Positions 37,481 through 51,616 of a stretch of DNA of 64,000 nucleotides are shown here, piece by piece. The notes beneath the pieces are model-generated. The model ran no database searches, had not been told where the DNA came from, and was given only the letters and a program-made list of their open reading frames with translations. This DNA is from Phoronis australis (taxonomy: Eukaryota > Animalia > Phoronida). The DNA is taken from contig NMRA01000189.1 in NCBI GenBank assembly GCA_002633005.1, positions 492,862 through 556,861 on the forward strand, read 5' to 3'. Every line of letters begins with the position of its first letter. The stretch's first letter is position 1. The position numbers were made by a program, and so were the translations under genes.

Positions 37481-40125
37481 TGAGACTGGGCAAAATAGCT
37501 TAATTGTTTCTGGTCTGTGCTTTTTGAGAATTATTTATTTGATGTTGTAAGTTTTCAGTTGTACATTTTTTCGAAAGGTCATCAGATATAAGCGAAAATG
37601 GTGCTGAAAATATTCCCAGCTTTAATGTGTCTCCAAATACCGCACCACTTGCATTCGGAAACGTGTTGCATTTTGCCCTATTCAAATGACATAAAATAGA
37701 AAATCAAATTAGCTTATAGGTTTTTACTCTCATTAAAATCGGTTTCATGATAGACTGAGCGTGATAACACTTTATTTCCATTATCAAGAAGAACATCTAA
37801 ACATCAGCGATTCAAGGGAGAATTTCAGCCTACCCTAAAATTACGGATTCAAAAATGGCGCATGTACGCATTTTGCCCGACTTCCGTTGCCTGCTCACTG
37901 GGCAACAGTTTAAGATCGGTTGAACGGAAACGCTTCGGTTAAAGCGTACTTAAAGTTCCTATCTTAAAATGCCAATGTGTGTCCAGTAGCTGAAAATACT
38001 TAATAAATAAAATCTTATTTTCGATACTCTTTCTTTATATTTTTTTCGCCTTTTGTGCCACAGGAGTTTTTTTACCTGTATTTGACCCTTCTCTGTGAGC
38101 AGATAATTACCGGCTGTCATCGGTTATTTCCGTACCCACATTTCCGGCTCATCAGTTCAGGAAGTTGTCCTGAACGCCGCCATTTTTTCCTTGTAACTGA
38201 ACGTGCTATCGCTTGCTAGAATGGTTTTCATTGTTTTGGTTTATTAGTAATATCCCGTGATTCGTTTGTATATATAGTATATTTATAGTTCGTAGTTAGT
38301 GGTCGTTATTTTTTTTTTTGTAATGTTACGCGTACTTCTGTTCATTATGTCGAAATAGCATTTGGTGTTTAGTTCCTGTAATGTAGGGTGGTCGAACCAA
38401 ATTTTTTTTTCGTTTTGAATTTTTTTTCGTATTGAAAAAGTACTTTGCTGTCATCGGAAATATTTTGCATCCTACTCAGTAAAAATCGAAAAAGTATCAA
38501 CATTGGGGCAAGCAGTGCAAAGTTATTGCAATTTTTGTGGCGAAATTTAGGTCACTTTGTTTGGATCTGGTCGGCCGTCTTGGACGACAGCGGGATAAGT
38601 TACGAGTGTAAAACTTTGTGTAAATTGTTTTCGCCAACAATTTACGGTGAAATTTAATGAGACATGTCCTTACTTGCTATTCTGCACGATTCAACAGTTT
38701 TCACCAAATTTCAGCCTCGCAGTTGGACTTACTCTAATTTCTGGCGGCACCGACAATATGACGACTTTTCTGAACTATTTTGTAATTTGTGAAGATTTAA
38801 CGTTGATACATTTTGACAAACGTTGCTACAAAAAGGAACTTTGTACAATTTTCGTGTGCAAAAAATATAAGGTGCGTGTATACTTATTTTAATGTGAATT
38901 TTCCCTTCAGATGATCTTACACTAAGCTAAAACAATAGTTGAAATAATTTTGAAATGTTTTTTTTTTGTTTGACTGTCAACTGCTGTTCAAGGCTTGATT
39001 ATAGTTTATATTTGATATTTTGTCGATAATTTTCGTACTGCTAGCTGGCAGGCTAGCTAACCGCGGCAATGTGACACGGGACTAACCAGACCGTAATTTT
39101 ATGCAAGTGTCTGAAACTACCTTTGTATGCATACGGCATTTATGATTTGAGACTCTTACTTCTACAAAACAACTTGCAACCGCATGCCTTTACCGATCGC
39201 CATTGTCTGGTCTCGGTCCGCACCTGGTCCGATCGGCTGCGGGCCCGAGTCCGGCAAAATAATTTCTGTCAAAATTTATTTGCCTCATTTCGTCAGCCAT
39301 TTCGACACAATTGTTCGTATTTTGATTTTATTAACGTTAAGGCGCGCTGTCGATTATTTTATCCCCGTTTGCAGGCTGCTCCAGTCACTCAGACGGCGTA
39401 TACTAAGCCTGGGTTCCTGAATGAATTGCACTTCCGGGTTCGCGGTAAGTTCAAAATGGGGTGTGTTCTTCGGGGACGAATCGTGAGTGGCGCGTTTACT
39501 TAAACTTTATTCGATTACGGATTGTGCATTAGTTAAGGGGTGTGTACTTCTTGGGTCCTTATAAGATCCTCTAACCATGTAATAAGGTCTAACAACGTGT
39601 GCTTCTTGGACTTTAAACCCAAGTTTCGCCCAAAAGCGAGCTTGCTACTAGGTGCCGCTATAAAATTGTTTTAATTTGTTCCTTACTCAGATGAGAAGTG
39701 ATTTCTGGGTGTGCAAAGAGCCAACAGTTCGTAATTCGTTAACACTGTTGTCGACGCATATGGCGTAACAAGTAGAACATTCTGGTCTCAAGCAATAACG
39801 AACTGTCTGTTCTTTCAAAGGCCCCATGCCATCTCCAATTGGACAAAGAAACAATTTGAGACCAACTGCATTACGGCAACTGGTCTTATATCAAAAGTTG
39901 TTTTTATCATGTGAAGTTGGTTTATGGGCGTTTTACGAAGTCAACAGGAGAGACATGCAGGTGTAATCATAAAAGAGGTCATTGCCATCGCGTCTGCAAG
40001 CTTCTTTATTAAAAACTGCACTTTTGTGTAGTTCTTGAAAAAGAATCCGTAAAACGCGATTCGGACGAGCGCTTGCAGTGAGGTGCATGTTCCAAGATGA
40101 GTAGACCTAGAACAGAAGTGCCATT

Positions 40126-40260
40126 TTTGGCCTTAAGCAAGCTTTACTGACACGAACCTTTGGCCTTAGGCAAGCTTTACTGACCCGAACCTTTGGCCTT
40201 AGACAAGCTTTACTGACACGAACCTTTGGCCTTAGACAAGCTTTACAGATACGAACCTTT
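40126..40260 (+). repeat. 33-bp tandem repeat, 4 copies
   Basis: Unit TTTGGCCTTAGACAAGCTTTACTGACACGAACC. Confidence 0.9.
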
Positions 40261-40785
40261 GCCAAGTTTCAACTAATCCTGCCGCTCTAGGTCAAGCCGA
40301 AGTAACAAACCTGAAACTGGAATAAATTATTTTAACGGTGGTGAATCTAGCCGTTGAAACAGACAATGAACTTCATTCAGTCTTTGCTTTTATCATAAAA
40401 TAAGGAAAGTTAACTGATCATAATGATAATAATAAACCAAAACAAAGAGGTTCCACCCCAAAACACGAACTAGACCAATGGTTTTCAAAGATGGCGACGC
40501 ATGCAGGTTTCAAAACGGCCAGGCAAAAGTACAGTCTTCAAAAAGTAATAAATCAAGTTAGCGCCGGTGAATCTTTCCGTTGCAGCTGTCAATGAATTCA
40601 TTGGTCTATCGTTTTATCGCGTGTAATTAGAAACGCTAAATCACAGTAGTAGACAATCGAAACAAAGGGTTCTCTCAAAACATGAACAAGACAATGTTCT
40701 CAAAGATGGCGCTGCGTGGTGGCTTTAAAGGTTTTGCTTTGGTCTGTGCAGGTTTGTTTTGCTGAAATGATGAATTAGCAATACA

Positions 40786-41768
40786 CAAGGTGTCCCAAAA
40801 GAAATATTTAATGTTGGCACATCGGGGTTATGGATTTTCATGAAAGTGGCTGGAAGTGAATAGTGTTTTTAAACATTAATCATTACCATACACTATCAAT
40901 GTCTACAAAGGTGATAGTTCTATGGACTTCGAAGCTGATATTTGCAGGTCAAAAGTGGGATTGCTCCCCTGTTCGAACTAGAAAACGCGCTCCATAAATC
41001 GGTTTTACAAACGTGAACAACACATAAGGACAACACCGAGGCGACATTGCACACAGGCTTGGTGGACACAAACTGTTGCACCAGCATACATGTAGCTTAA
41101 CACTCGCTGTTCCGATCAAACTCCGACGGCTGTTCAATTACAAAGTGGTTAATCTGGTACAAAATCGATCCTCGATCACCAGACCTGTGGTCTCCCACTT
41201 CATTTTTGAGAAGGTATACGTGCTACGTAAAGAGTAGTACACTCCTTCAGTCGACGTGTTTAATCAATTACTTGACAGAGACGCCGGTGTTTTAGAAGAA
41301 CACTGAAGACATGGGAGGAACACCTGTTTGAAAGTTCAATAGAGGGACACCTATAGAGACAGCAGGTTATTGAATCATCGGAGTGTAACAGTTGCTGGAA
41401 GTGTCTCAGAAGTTCATTACAAGTCAAGGCTTAGCAGCACTGGCTGACTGGAGCACAGAACAGACATTACGATGGACGTTTTGTTCGAGTAGGCTTGCGA
41501 ACGTACGGTCGATATTAATAAAGTGATTAACTCGAACGAGTCTTCAGTCTATAGTCGCACCGAAAGCTATGAGCACCGGTCGGTAACAACCTGCGCCCAC
41601 CCACACACGGGGAAGACGTGATAATTTAAAAGATGAAGTTTCATCAATGCCCCGAATTGACACAAAAACACTCAAATATCGTTTTGAGTAAATTTTATGA
41701 ATATTCACTAGCCCAGTTATAATACATGTGCATTCAAACTAGAATACCATTACTTCTGGCACATCCTG
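40786..41768 (+). mobile_element. Decayed Tc1/mariner element
   Basis: Ends CAAGGTGTCCCAAAAGAAAT and ATTACTTCTGGCACATCCTG|TA resemble CAGGGTGTCCC-type TIRs; internal plus-strand PRSPDL motif near 41170-41187. Confidence 0.55.
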
Positions 41769-42892
41769 TACTAAAATGATAAGCATTGTTTATTCATTAA
41801 TTATCCTTATTTGCTTGATTTTTAATTTCCCTCTTGCCAGCCGTTTGTGGGTGGATCCAATATTCTCTTAAAAAGCATTCCGACATTCTATTGTAATTTA
41901 AAACGATTTATTGCATGACTGCTTTGCAGTTCTGTCGTGACAACGCCTGGCGAAAGCTTGACACATCACCTGTGTGTAAATAAGTAGTTATAGGCGAGAC
42001 AAGATTAAAATAAAAACATCGAATTAAGAAAAAAATCGCCAACCTTTAATTACATGTTAACGTGAATAGCACTTGAAACATGGTTTGCTTGTTTTTTTTA
42101 AACCCTTAAACACGTGGTGTTTTCAAACTGCCCCTTTTGGTTGGCGCATTATAAGCACGGAACCGATGCGACTCACGTGGAACCCAGCATGACATCTACA
42201 GTGCCCACAACAAACTGTTTTAGTGTACTACGACGGCCTTAACAGATGAAATTCCAAAAAGTATTTTTAAGTCCCACACAGTAACTTGGCTAAACCGAAA
42301 TTACCAACTTTCATTTAAGTATTTATGGTATCAAAATATTCTGTTGTAAGTCAAAAAGGCTCTGAGATGGCCGCGCGGACTGCTCCGAGCTTCATGTAAC
42401 CCTCTCAGTCTTCACCTCAGACATTACACAGGATTGAGTGATGGTTCCCAACATCGTAGTAAATGGTATCTTTTCAAATAGAAACGCGGTAATGCATTAT
42501 TTACTTGAAAATGGTCATTTAAGCTGTATTTCGCCCTACTTTGCTGGCTAAAAAAGAGACTCGAATCATGAAGAAGGCTCATAATATTGCTTAGCATGAT
42601 CCCATTATCGTTGTCAACCCAAGTCACAGGCAATGTTTACAGGCACCTTTTATTAATTTTCAATAGAACTGACCAACTCTGAAACGTTTTATCAAGTCGC
42701 TGATGGTTTCGATGTTCTTGTTGATACAGACATGGTATCACATTACGGTAAGGTGTATCATATTGTGAGAGCGATTTATTTTTACGAATATCCCGGGTCA
42801 TTTTGACTACACTTGGCACGATGGTTCTGGGCAAAATAAAAACCTTAATATACAATTGAAAACACGCCTGGAATAGGTTGTCTGGCCCCTGA

Positions 42893-44480
42893 GGTCTGAG
42901 ATGTAGCGCTGCATCTTCACACGTCTCCCTAGAAATGACAATGACAATGGTCTGAGATGAAGCGCTGCATCTTCACACGTCTCCATAGAAATGACAATGA
43001 CAATGGTCTGAGATGTAACGCTGCATCTTCACACGTCTCCATAAAAATGACAATAACAATGGTCTGAGATGTAGCGCTGCATCTTCACACTTCTCTATAG
43101 AAATGACAATGGCAATAGTCTGAGATGTAACTTTGCATCGTCACACGTCTCCATAGAAATGACAATGACAATGGTCTGAGATGTAGCGCTGCATCTTCAC
43201 ACTTCTTTATAGAAATGACACTGATAATGGTCTGAGATGCAGCGCTGGATCTCCACACGTCTTTATAGAAATGACACTGACAATGGTCTGAGATGTAGCA
43301 CTTCATCTTCACACGTCTCCATAGAAATGACAATGACAATGGACTACGATGTAGCGCTGCATCTTCACACGTCTTTATAGAAATGACACTGACAATGGTC
43401 TGAGATGTAGCTCTGCATCTTCACACGTCTTTATAGAAATGACAATGACAATGGTCTGATATGTAGCGCTGCATCCTCACATGTCTTTATAGAAATGACA
43501 ATGACAATGGTCTGAGATGCAGCGTTGCATCTTCACACGTCTTTATAGAAATGACAATGACAATGGTCTGAGATGTAACGTTGCATCTTCACACGTCTCC
43601 ATAGAAATAACAATGACAATGGTCTGATATGTAGCGCTGCATCTTCACACGTCTTTATAGAAATGACAATGACAATGGTCTGAGATGCAGCGCTGCATCT
43701 TCACACGTCTTTATAGAAATGACACTGACAATGGTCCGAGATGTAGCGCTGCATCTTCACACGTCTCCATAGAAATGACAATGGCAATGGACAGCGATGT
43801 AGCGCTACATCTTCACACGTCTTTATAGAAATGAAACTGACAATGGTCTGAGATGTAGCGCTGCATCTTCACGCGTCTTTATAGAAATGACACTGACACT
43901 GACAATGGTCTGAGATGTAGCGCTACATCCTCACATGTCTTTATAGAATTGACAATGACAATGGTCTGAGATGCAGCGTTGCATCTTCACACGTCTTTAT
44001 AGAAATGACAATGACAATGGTCTTAGATGAAGCGCTGCATCTTCACACGTCTTTATAGAAATGACAATGACAATGGTCTGAGATGTAGCGCTGCATCTTC
44101 AGACGTCTCCATAGAAATGACAATGACAATGGACAGCGATGTAGCGCTACATCTTCACACGTCTTTATAGAAATGACACTGACACTGACAATGGTCTGAG
44201 ATGTAGCGCTGCATCCTCACACGTCTTTATAGAAATGACACTGACACTGACAATGGTCTGAGATGTAGCTCTGCATCTTCACACGTCTTTATAGAAATGA
44301 CACTGACACTGACAGTGATCTGAGATGTAGCGCTGCATCCTCACACGTCTTTATAGAAATAACACTGACTATGGTCTGAGATGTAGCGCTGCATCTTCAC
44401 ACATCTTTATAGAAATGACAATGACAATGGTCTGAGATGTAGCGCTGCATCTTCACACGTATTCATAGAAATGACATTGA
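42893..44480 (+). repeat. 56-bp minisatellite, about 28 copies
   Basis: Unit ATGGTCTGAGATGTAGCGCTGCATCTTCACACGTCTTTATAGAAATGACAATGACA, head to tail with no spacers; some distal units are 62 bp. Confidence 0.97.
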
Positions 44481-45807
44481 TATCAGAGACAGACAAAACT
44501 GTGGATGGTATTCACACGTCATGTTGGTTTGAGTGAAAGTATATTGCTGTAGGTTACGACTTGATATACACGGTAGTGTTGAGGATTCGCATGTGAACTC
44601 CGTGCACAAAACGACAAGACTTAACACATTTTCAGTTCAATTAACGTTTTTTTTTTCTGGGGCAGCCGAACAAAAACACAAAACACGAGATAGGCCTACA
44701 TCAGTTACACATCACTGAAATAAATAACTTGACTTTAAATAACGGTAAGACTCATGTAGTCGTCCCCATATCACGGATATTACACGACTCCTAAATTGAA
44801 TGTGAATAAACCATACGGGGACGCCTTTCCCGCAACTAAAAAATAACACCAGATACAGAAGTTCACGGGAATGTCAAAATGGGGAATGTCATATAGTGCA
44901 CTGGGATAACCCTGTGAACATCTGGAACACCATTTTCGCAGGAGCCTCAAATTTTCCCTGCCAGAGGGGATTCTTTCTGCAATGCGCGAACCTCACCATG
45001 TGATGCACTTTTCAATGTAGAGATGTTGTCCAGTGCGCCGTGATACTCCCCGCGATTCTGTAGTTAACAAAACACCGAGAGTCACACTAGGGATTAAGAA
45101 TGACTGTGGTGAACGATTTTTGAAAGCTGCTAGGCCGATCAAGCCTTGATATTAACCCTTTACCAAATCCCTTTGGTGATGATTGAACTTCGCACATGCA
45201 CAGATACATGTATGAAACATCCCTGAAGGACTAGTTGAGGCATGCAAAAATAACCGAGGTGAAATTTCAGTGAACACGGAAATACCCAATGTGTTCCGAA
45301 TACGTTAACAGTAGGCTTACGTACAATTACAAGAGGCGGGCCACAGATTGAGATTATGATGCGCCAACAGGTTCTTAAACAAGTACCTCATTCTGAAATG
45401 TTCTTAATCAACACGTAGTTTTAGTTCTTAAACGATCGTTGTTTAGCTCTTATTCAGCGTTCACTCTTAGTACGCAATCGTAGTTCTGTTCTTGAGACCG
45501 TTTAAGGACTGAAAGTTGATTAATCACAAGCCCATTTTAACGCGCAGAAATGTAACCCCTTGGCGCTTCATACAGGTTTAGTATGGAAGGATATGTCTGT
45601 CGAAACCTAGCAGGATATCTTTGTTAAGTTCGTTCACGCTTAGACATGAAACACCTCTGAGATAATTTGTGGCTACAGAAATACCAGAAGTAACCCGGCT
45701 GAAGTTCTACGTGCGCTTATTGAGAGTGTTGCAGAGTAGTTCCTAGTAGAGACAAGTTCCTTTTAAGGACCGGGCAAGTCGATTCTAATCTCTTCTGATT
45801 TGAGACT

Positions 45808-45966
45808 CAGGGGCGAATGCAGGATTTTTTGTTGGGGGGCAAGGTAGAGTATTAGCCAGGATTTTGCCCGTCAGACATTCGCACCCCCAAACTGAAATGG
45901 AATCAGTGAGAATTGTAGCGGGGGGGAGGCATTGCCCCCTTGGCCACCCCTCTAAATCCGCCACTG
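45808..45966 (+). mobile_element. GC-rich MITE with 5-bp flanking duplication
   Basis: CAGGGGCGAAT..ATCCGCCACTG flanked by AGACT on both sides; a second copy lies reversed at the window end. Confidence 0.75.
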
Positions 45967-47334
45967 AGACTCGTCGTAAAACGAAAGCAAAAAAAAAAGA
46001 CCAACAGGGGCGCAAAAAGGCCAAATCCATCCAAAACTGGGCAAATTTCATTAATAACTTTTTAGGATCTTGGTAAAGATTGCGGCATGCGTACATATGG
46101 TCTAAATGCCACTAGAGGACGCCACAATAATTAAACTCAGCCCAAAATCAACGTCAGCCGTGCCTTACTACGACAGTTGCCGACATATATTTTGTATTGA
46201 GTGCACAAGTACATGTACGCTGACGGATTAGTCCATCGAAGATTAGTACTAGTTCACTTGTTACATTCGAATATTTGATAAAGGTTATGTAGGACATTAT
46301 CCACAAGTTTGAAATTTAAAAATACTTACAAAACTATAGACTACAGAATTTGATTTTTGACTGTTTACCAATCTGTTGCTAATTAGGTCTTGAGGAAATT
46401 GTTGACAACAATTGCCAGGAAACTTGTTTACTTGTGTTTTTGAATGAGAAAAGCCAAGTTTTACCTACTTTTGATGCAAACTGGTGGCTGTCATTTGCTA
46501 TCAACCCCTGTCGTCTGCTATCCGAGAAACGGGGTGTGATTTCAGGTGGCTGTCACACAGATCAAATTTGCCAAAAAAGTAGCTAGTAAGAGGCTTACTA
46601 TGACCACATAGTTAGAATCTAGTGAGGACGAGTATTTTGAATCTGTAGTCAGACTTTTTCTAGCTCTTGCAGGGAAATGGTTATTTCGGGGAGAAAATTG
46701 TCAAATTTGGCGGGTTTTTTGACTGTTTACCAATCTGTCGTTACTTAGGTCAAGTGGCTATGCTGTTTTAAGACAATTTGGCAAAAAAACGAAAGACATG
46801 TTTAAATCAAAACAACGAGATTGTTTCGTTTTCGTCTTTTTAAATAAAAAATACAAGTTGTTTTTTAAGGTCCCTTCGTGCAACAGTGGACCATTTTAAA
46901 AACAGTTCGTAACAATGTTTTGGCGACGCCTTATTCAATGAGTCGCCATTTTGAAATTGAGCCTCTTTTTGGTTTTAAAAACAATACATTCTGCGCAAAG
47001 CGTTATTTCACGTGCTTCGTTATATTTTTGTCTCAACTGCATTGTTTTTTAAAACTAAAAAGAGGCTCATTACTGAAATGGCGACTGGTTTCTCCGACGT
47101 GTAAGTGCATTTGATGGACAACAGTGGCGGATCTAGGATATCACAAGGAGGGGGGGGGCAACATTTTGTCCGGCTGTAAGCATTTGCGCAAACCACGATT
47201 GTAGATGCGCACAGCACCGAATGGGGGGAAATTTTTCTGTTTTTTCCTCTAAAAATCAAGCATTTTCCTTGATTTCTGATGTATTATCCAAGAAAAAAGG
47301 CAAAAAAAAAAACGTGTCACACAGGAAAAACTGC

Positions 47335-47405
47335 GAATTCCACAGACTCGAACTCACGCCCTGGCTGATCAAGACGCGCGTGCTTTACCACTACACCACC
47401 ACGAT
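47335..47405 (-). repeat. tRNA-derived repeat
   Basis: Minus strand TGGTGTAGTGGTAAAGCAC..GAGTTCGAGTC gives A and B boxes; stems are imperfect. Confidence 0.5.
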
Positions 47406-50400
47406 TTCACTAATGGACTTAAACTAACAAACCTACTTTTTTATGGTCCACAGCGTTCGCGCGCGAAACCTACTTCTTTTTGTAATGCTTATTAAACGTT
47501 TTATATTTTGTGCAATCGGTTCTTAACAAATTTGTTGTATTTAAAGTAGTCTTCGAATGCCCAAAAGACCAAATCCGTTTTTCGTGTTGGCAATAATGAC
47601 GGGATTGCTCTGGAAATCGTCTTAAGTTAAGGTTTGACAAAGAGTCACTAAGGCTTCGATTAAAATTCACATCTTACCAGCAGCTTCTGTTTTTTCATCG
47701 TCACTCAGGTTCCATTTTCTTTAAAAAATGAAGTAAATTTTCTTCATTGCACATTGAAGCAGACGACGGAAACGGAGTCGTAGTGCGCATTGCCACTGCC
47801 GGTCGCCTGGGATATCGCGGATAGCTTACACTTAGCCATAGTTCCGTTACGAATGCGCCGTGTTCCGAATTTGACACTTGAAGTTGGATCTGAGCCCCCC
47901 CCCAAACACTAAAACTGCACACATTTAAATCTTTTTTCATCCGTATAATTTTAATTACCGGGGCAAATTAATAAACTCAACATTTCCCTACGCTCTTGCT
48001 GTTTTATTTTTTTGGGGCAGCCAACGGGGGGGGGGGCGGGCCCCCTGGGCTCCCCCCTAAATCCGCCTATGGACAAATATGGTACATTGTGATGTACAAT
48101 TGGTGAGAACGTATTTGTCAAGCACATATTGAGTATAAGCATCAGCTTCAATTACGACTGAGATAGTAATGATTGCAATTGCACTACTTTATCACAAGTC
48201 TATTTTTGTCCGAGATTTTGTGGGAATGCATGCATATACGTCAAAGCTAAATAGAAGAAAAATAGTTTGAAGTCACGGCCGTAGGTAGTACAGAGGTTGA
48301 AATCGGGTACTGGACCGATTAATCGGCGAATCACAGCGGTACAAAGCTTTTAAAATTTTGGGACAACACAGAAGCGAGTACATGTATCATTTACTAGAAC
48401 TAAAATCCAGTTAGCATCACAATAATTACTAGATATGATCGTTCCTAACAAACGTACTCGGCATTCGCCAAGAAAAGAAATCAATGGCTGCTATTCACGA
48501 CTGGGCTTCGACAGTCAGGGTGAAAAAATTCGGCTAGTTTTATAATTCGCATCATACATTAATCGGCACTAAAGTAGTAAGAAAATCTAAGTGTGATCAC
48601 AACAGGGATATAATTGCGAATGACGTCATCTCTAAAATCAGGACTGTCCGCAAATTGAGAAATTTTCCACTCGGCTTCACTCGCCGAAGACCCAGGTGCA
48701 GGAGGGTCGCGATCGTACAGCCTCAAACACGCAAAGTCTGCTGATATGACGAGGTCTAACTCATTATCTGTTTCACCTAGGACCTGAGTGCCGTCTTCGC
48801 CCCAATCTCCACACCTGTCTTCGTAATACTCGTCAAGATCACCCTCTGAGCTTTCGTAATCATCCGACATTGCAAATATACTTTCAACTGATCAACGCCT
48901 TCCACCCATGGACGACCACGTAGCGGGAAACCAAAAAGTTATTAATATGTCTTTAAAATTCAAAATTCCTCAATTACTTCCCTTAATAAGTGTTTGTTTA
49001 GTTAAAGCTTGTGTTATAAAATTATTATGCACGGTCTAAAACTTCAAAAAGTGCAAAAACCTATTGTAGGAACGCGTTAAGCAGATAGTATTTCGTCGTC
49101 CGTTTTGTTGTCGTTAACCCTCTTACGGCAGAGACGACTGTTGATTTCTAAGTTCCGCATCACCAAATGGCGAGACTTCTCCATTGGGCTCGTTGTCCGT
49201 TTCCAATCAGTTTCGGAACTGTGGCATGGCCGAGAAGGAGATGCAGCTTAAGTCTGCCGTTACACGGAAGGGGTAACACACTGCACGTGAGAATCTGACT
49301 CTAGGAGCTTCGGTGCTTGCCAGCGGGGAGCTGGCTAAGTCGTCCAGATAAAGGCAAGGTTTGGGGAGTGAAGCCCTGAAGTGCTGCGTCATTTAAATGT
49401 AAGTATCAGTGCTCAAACCCCTAGGTTGGTCCAACAAGAGCAGCTCTTAGTGACCATTGCAAACCTGGTTGCAAACATTGACTATCTTCCCTTGCTTGAA
49501 GAAGAATACTCAGTAGAACGCGATGCAGAAACTGCTGGCTTACCAGCAGCGCTCTCTGTCGGATGTCTCAGACATTAAGACGAACGTTTTTAAATCTCTG
49601 GTGGGAGATTTCAGAAACAAGATTCAGTTGACAACTTGCTAATGAGGACCTTGCTTAGTTTGTTCATACGTTCTTTCTCAGTGACATTTCGGACGACAAA
49701 CAGAATGATATGTCAAAGAAATTGGCAGTCGTTAGATAATAACGACATGACAATAGTAGTAGGGCCTAATGGGAAGGCGATGATCAACACCTTTAAATTA
49801 GGCTAATTTAGTTTACACGGTACTAATGCTATTGTTGACCAAGCGAACAAGCTAATTAATATCCGCCGGAAGGAGATGGGTTAAGGCTGACATAAACCCT
49901 GGGAATATCACTATCTGGTTTTGACTTCAATGCCCTTCACTGATTTCTTGCAGTTGAATGATACAAAATAATGTCAAAAAAAGTAAAGGCGATCAACGAT
50001 GTGTATAAAATGGGGTCTTAATTGGTCGGGGTGTCACTAGAGTTACATTGTCACGAGACATATTTTGGTGCTCTGTCCTACAGACGTGGTTATCGGAGTG
50101 GCGGACGTGGCAGAATGCAGTGGGCTTCCGCCCCGTCAAAAACGCCGGCTCGGCACTCAAGAAGTAGAGCAGTTCAGCCTCGATTTGAGCTGATGGGTTG
50201 AAGAAATGATTATAAAAAAACAAGCATATATTAACGCTGCTTATGGCGACGTGGTTTATCTGCGTTCATTTACCTCTGTTTGGCGCCGGAAAAGTTTGGT
50301 TCTTTTAATTTATTAATTAGCGACTAGTTGCATTGACACAAGCACTTGATAAGTTCATAACCCTAAATGGTACGAGAAATAATGGCGAGTTGTTCACCAT

Positions 50401-50814
50401 GTGTTATTGTGGGTGGGCTAAAGCAGTGCCGGTGGGACCGGAGTTCGAACCCTGTTATGACACTATTCACCTCGGTACGAGTGTATAGGAATTTGAATGA
50501 GTATGTCTGTTGGTCTCGCACGCAGCCTCTGCGTGGGGAAGAGAAGAGACTATTTCTTAGTTGTGTTATGACAAGTAAATGTGTTTGATCCTCTACTTTC
50601 AGCAAAATTTTCAAGACTACGATGCAAGGTGCCGGTGTAGAGCTAGCTAAATAAGGCTCACAGTATGCATGTACGTCATTGTGGTGGGGCAGCCTCCAAC
50701 TCCAAACAATGCGGTGTGGCTTTGGAAAAGAGTTCGAAGATTAGTATGTTTTCAATAAAGTTGTGTCTTCTGTGTTGAAGTCTCATTTGAGGACGGAAGT
50801 TGTATGACGTAATA

Positions 50815-51127
50815 GAATTTCCCAAAACAAACAAGACTTCGTTAAAAATTAATGTGCGTTATGAATTTTACTATGTCGTCATGTAACTGGCATCTGAAAG
50901 GACGAGATGACCTCCAAGCAACCCTTGCATACTTTTTGCGTAGCAGCTAAATAAATGCTCGTGTATAGCAAGGGTAGTGCTTTGTAGTATTTGACCTAAC
51001 TTCAGTGAATTGTTGAAGGCTGACTGGTGATGTGCGGGTTGCACACAGCTGTTTAGTCATACCACTTGCTATATGACTACAAAAAAATATTAAAATTTAA
51101 CTAAGTCTTGTTTGTTTTGGGAAATTG
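50815..51127. mobile_element. TA-flanked MITE (Tc1/mariner-like)
   Basis: TA|GAATTTCCCAAAACAAACAAGACTT..AAGTCTTGTTTGTTTTGGGAAATTG|TA. Confidence 0.75.
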
Positions 51128-51616
51128 TACCTAAAGGTTGCTCGTTCTTCGCTGATGTGTGGTGAATACCTTTCTCATCTCCGTCTTACAGCTTGTGTTG
51201 ACTATTCGCTACTCTATCTCTACCGTATGAGCTCGTCATTCATGGGAGGCTCGTTTGATGCAGTGTTGTCGTAAACAGAATAAGCGGTTCAAACCAATGC
51301 GCCTCGAAAATTATCCGTCTGAAACCGGGTTGGCTGGATCGGATCGCAACTCAGGTTTAGTTTTCACGGAACAATTCGTCATTAGATTCCACATTTCCCT
51401 CGGGTACTCGATTATCATTTTTTGCGGAGTGAGACTGCAACTTTAGGATACTGCTACTCATTTATATTGTACCCCCAAAAACAGACTCATTCGTTGGGAG
51501 CCTAATTAAACTCACCCATTTTAGAGCTTTGTTCAAGAAACACTAAACTTTTATAGGAGGAATTTCATAAAACCTATAAATCCTTTCATAGGTTTTGTTG
51601 AACAGCTGGCTTTTAA

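Noticed and set aside
42893-44480. CRISPR array or hammerhead satellite
   Set aside because: Units are contiguous with no unique spacers, there are no cas genes, and the context is eukaryotic. Neither strand has CUGANGA-stem-GAAA in the right arrangement.
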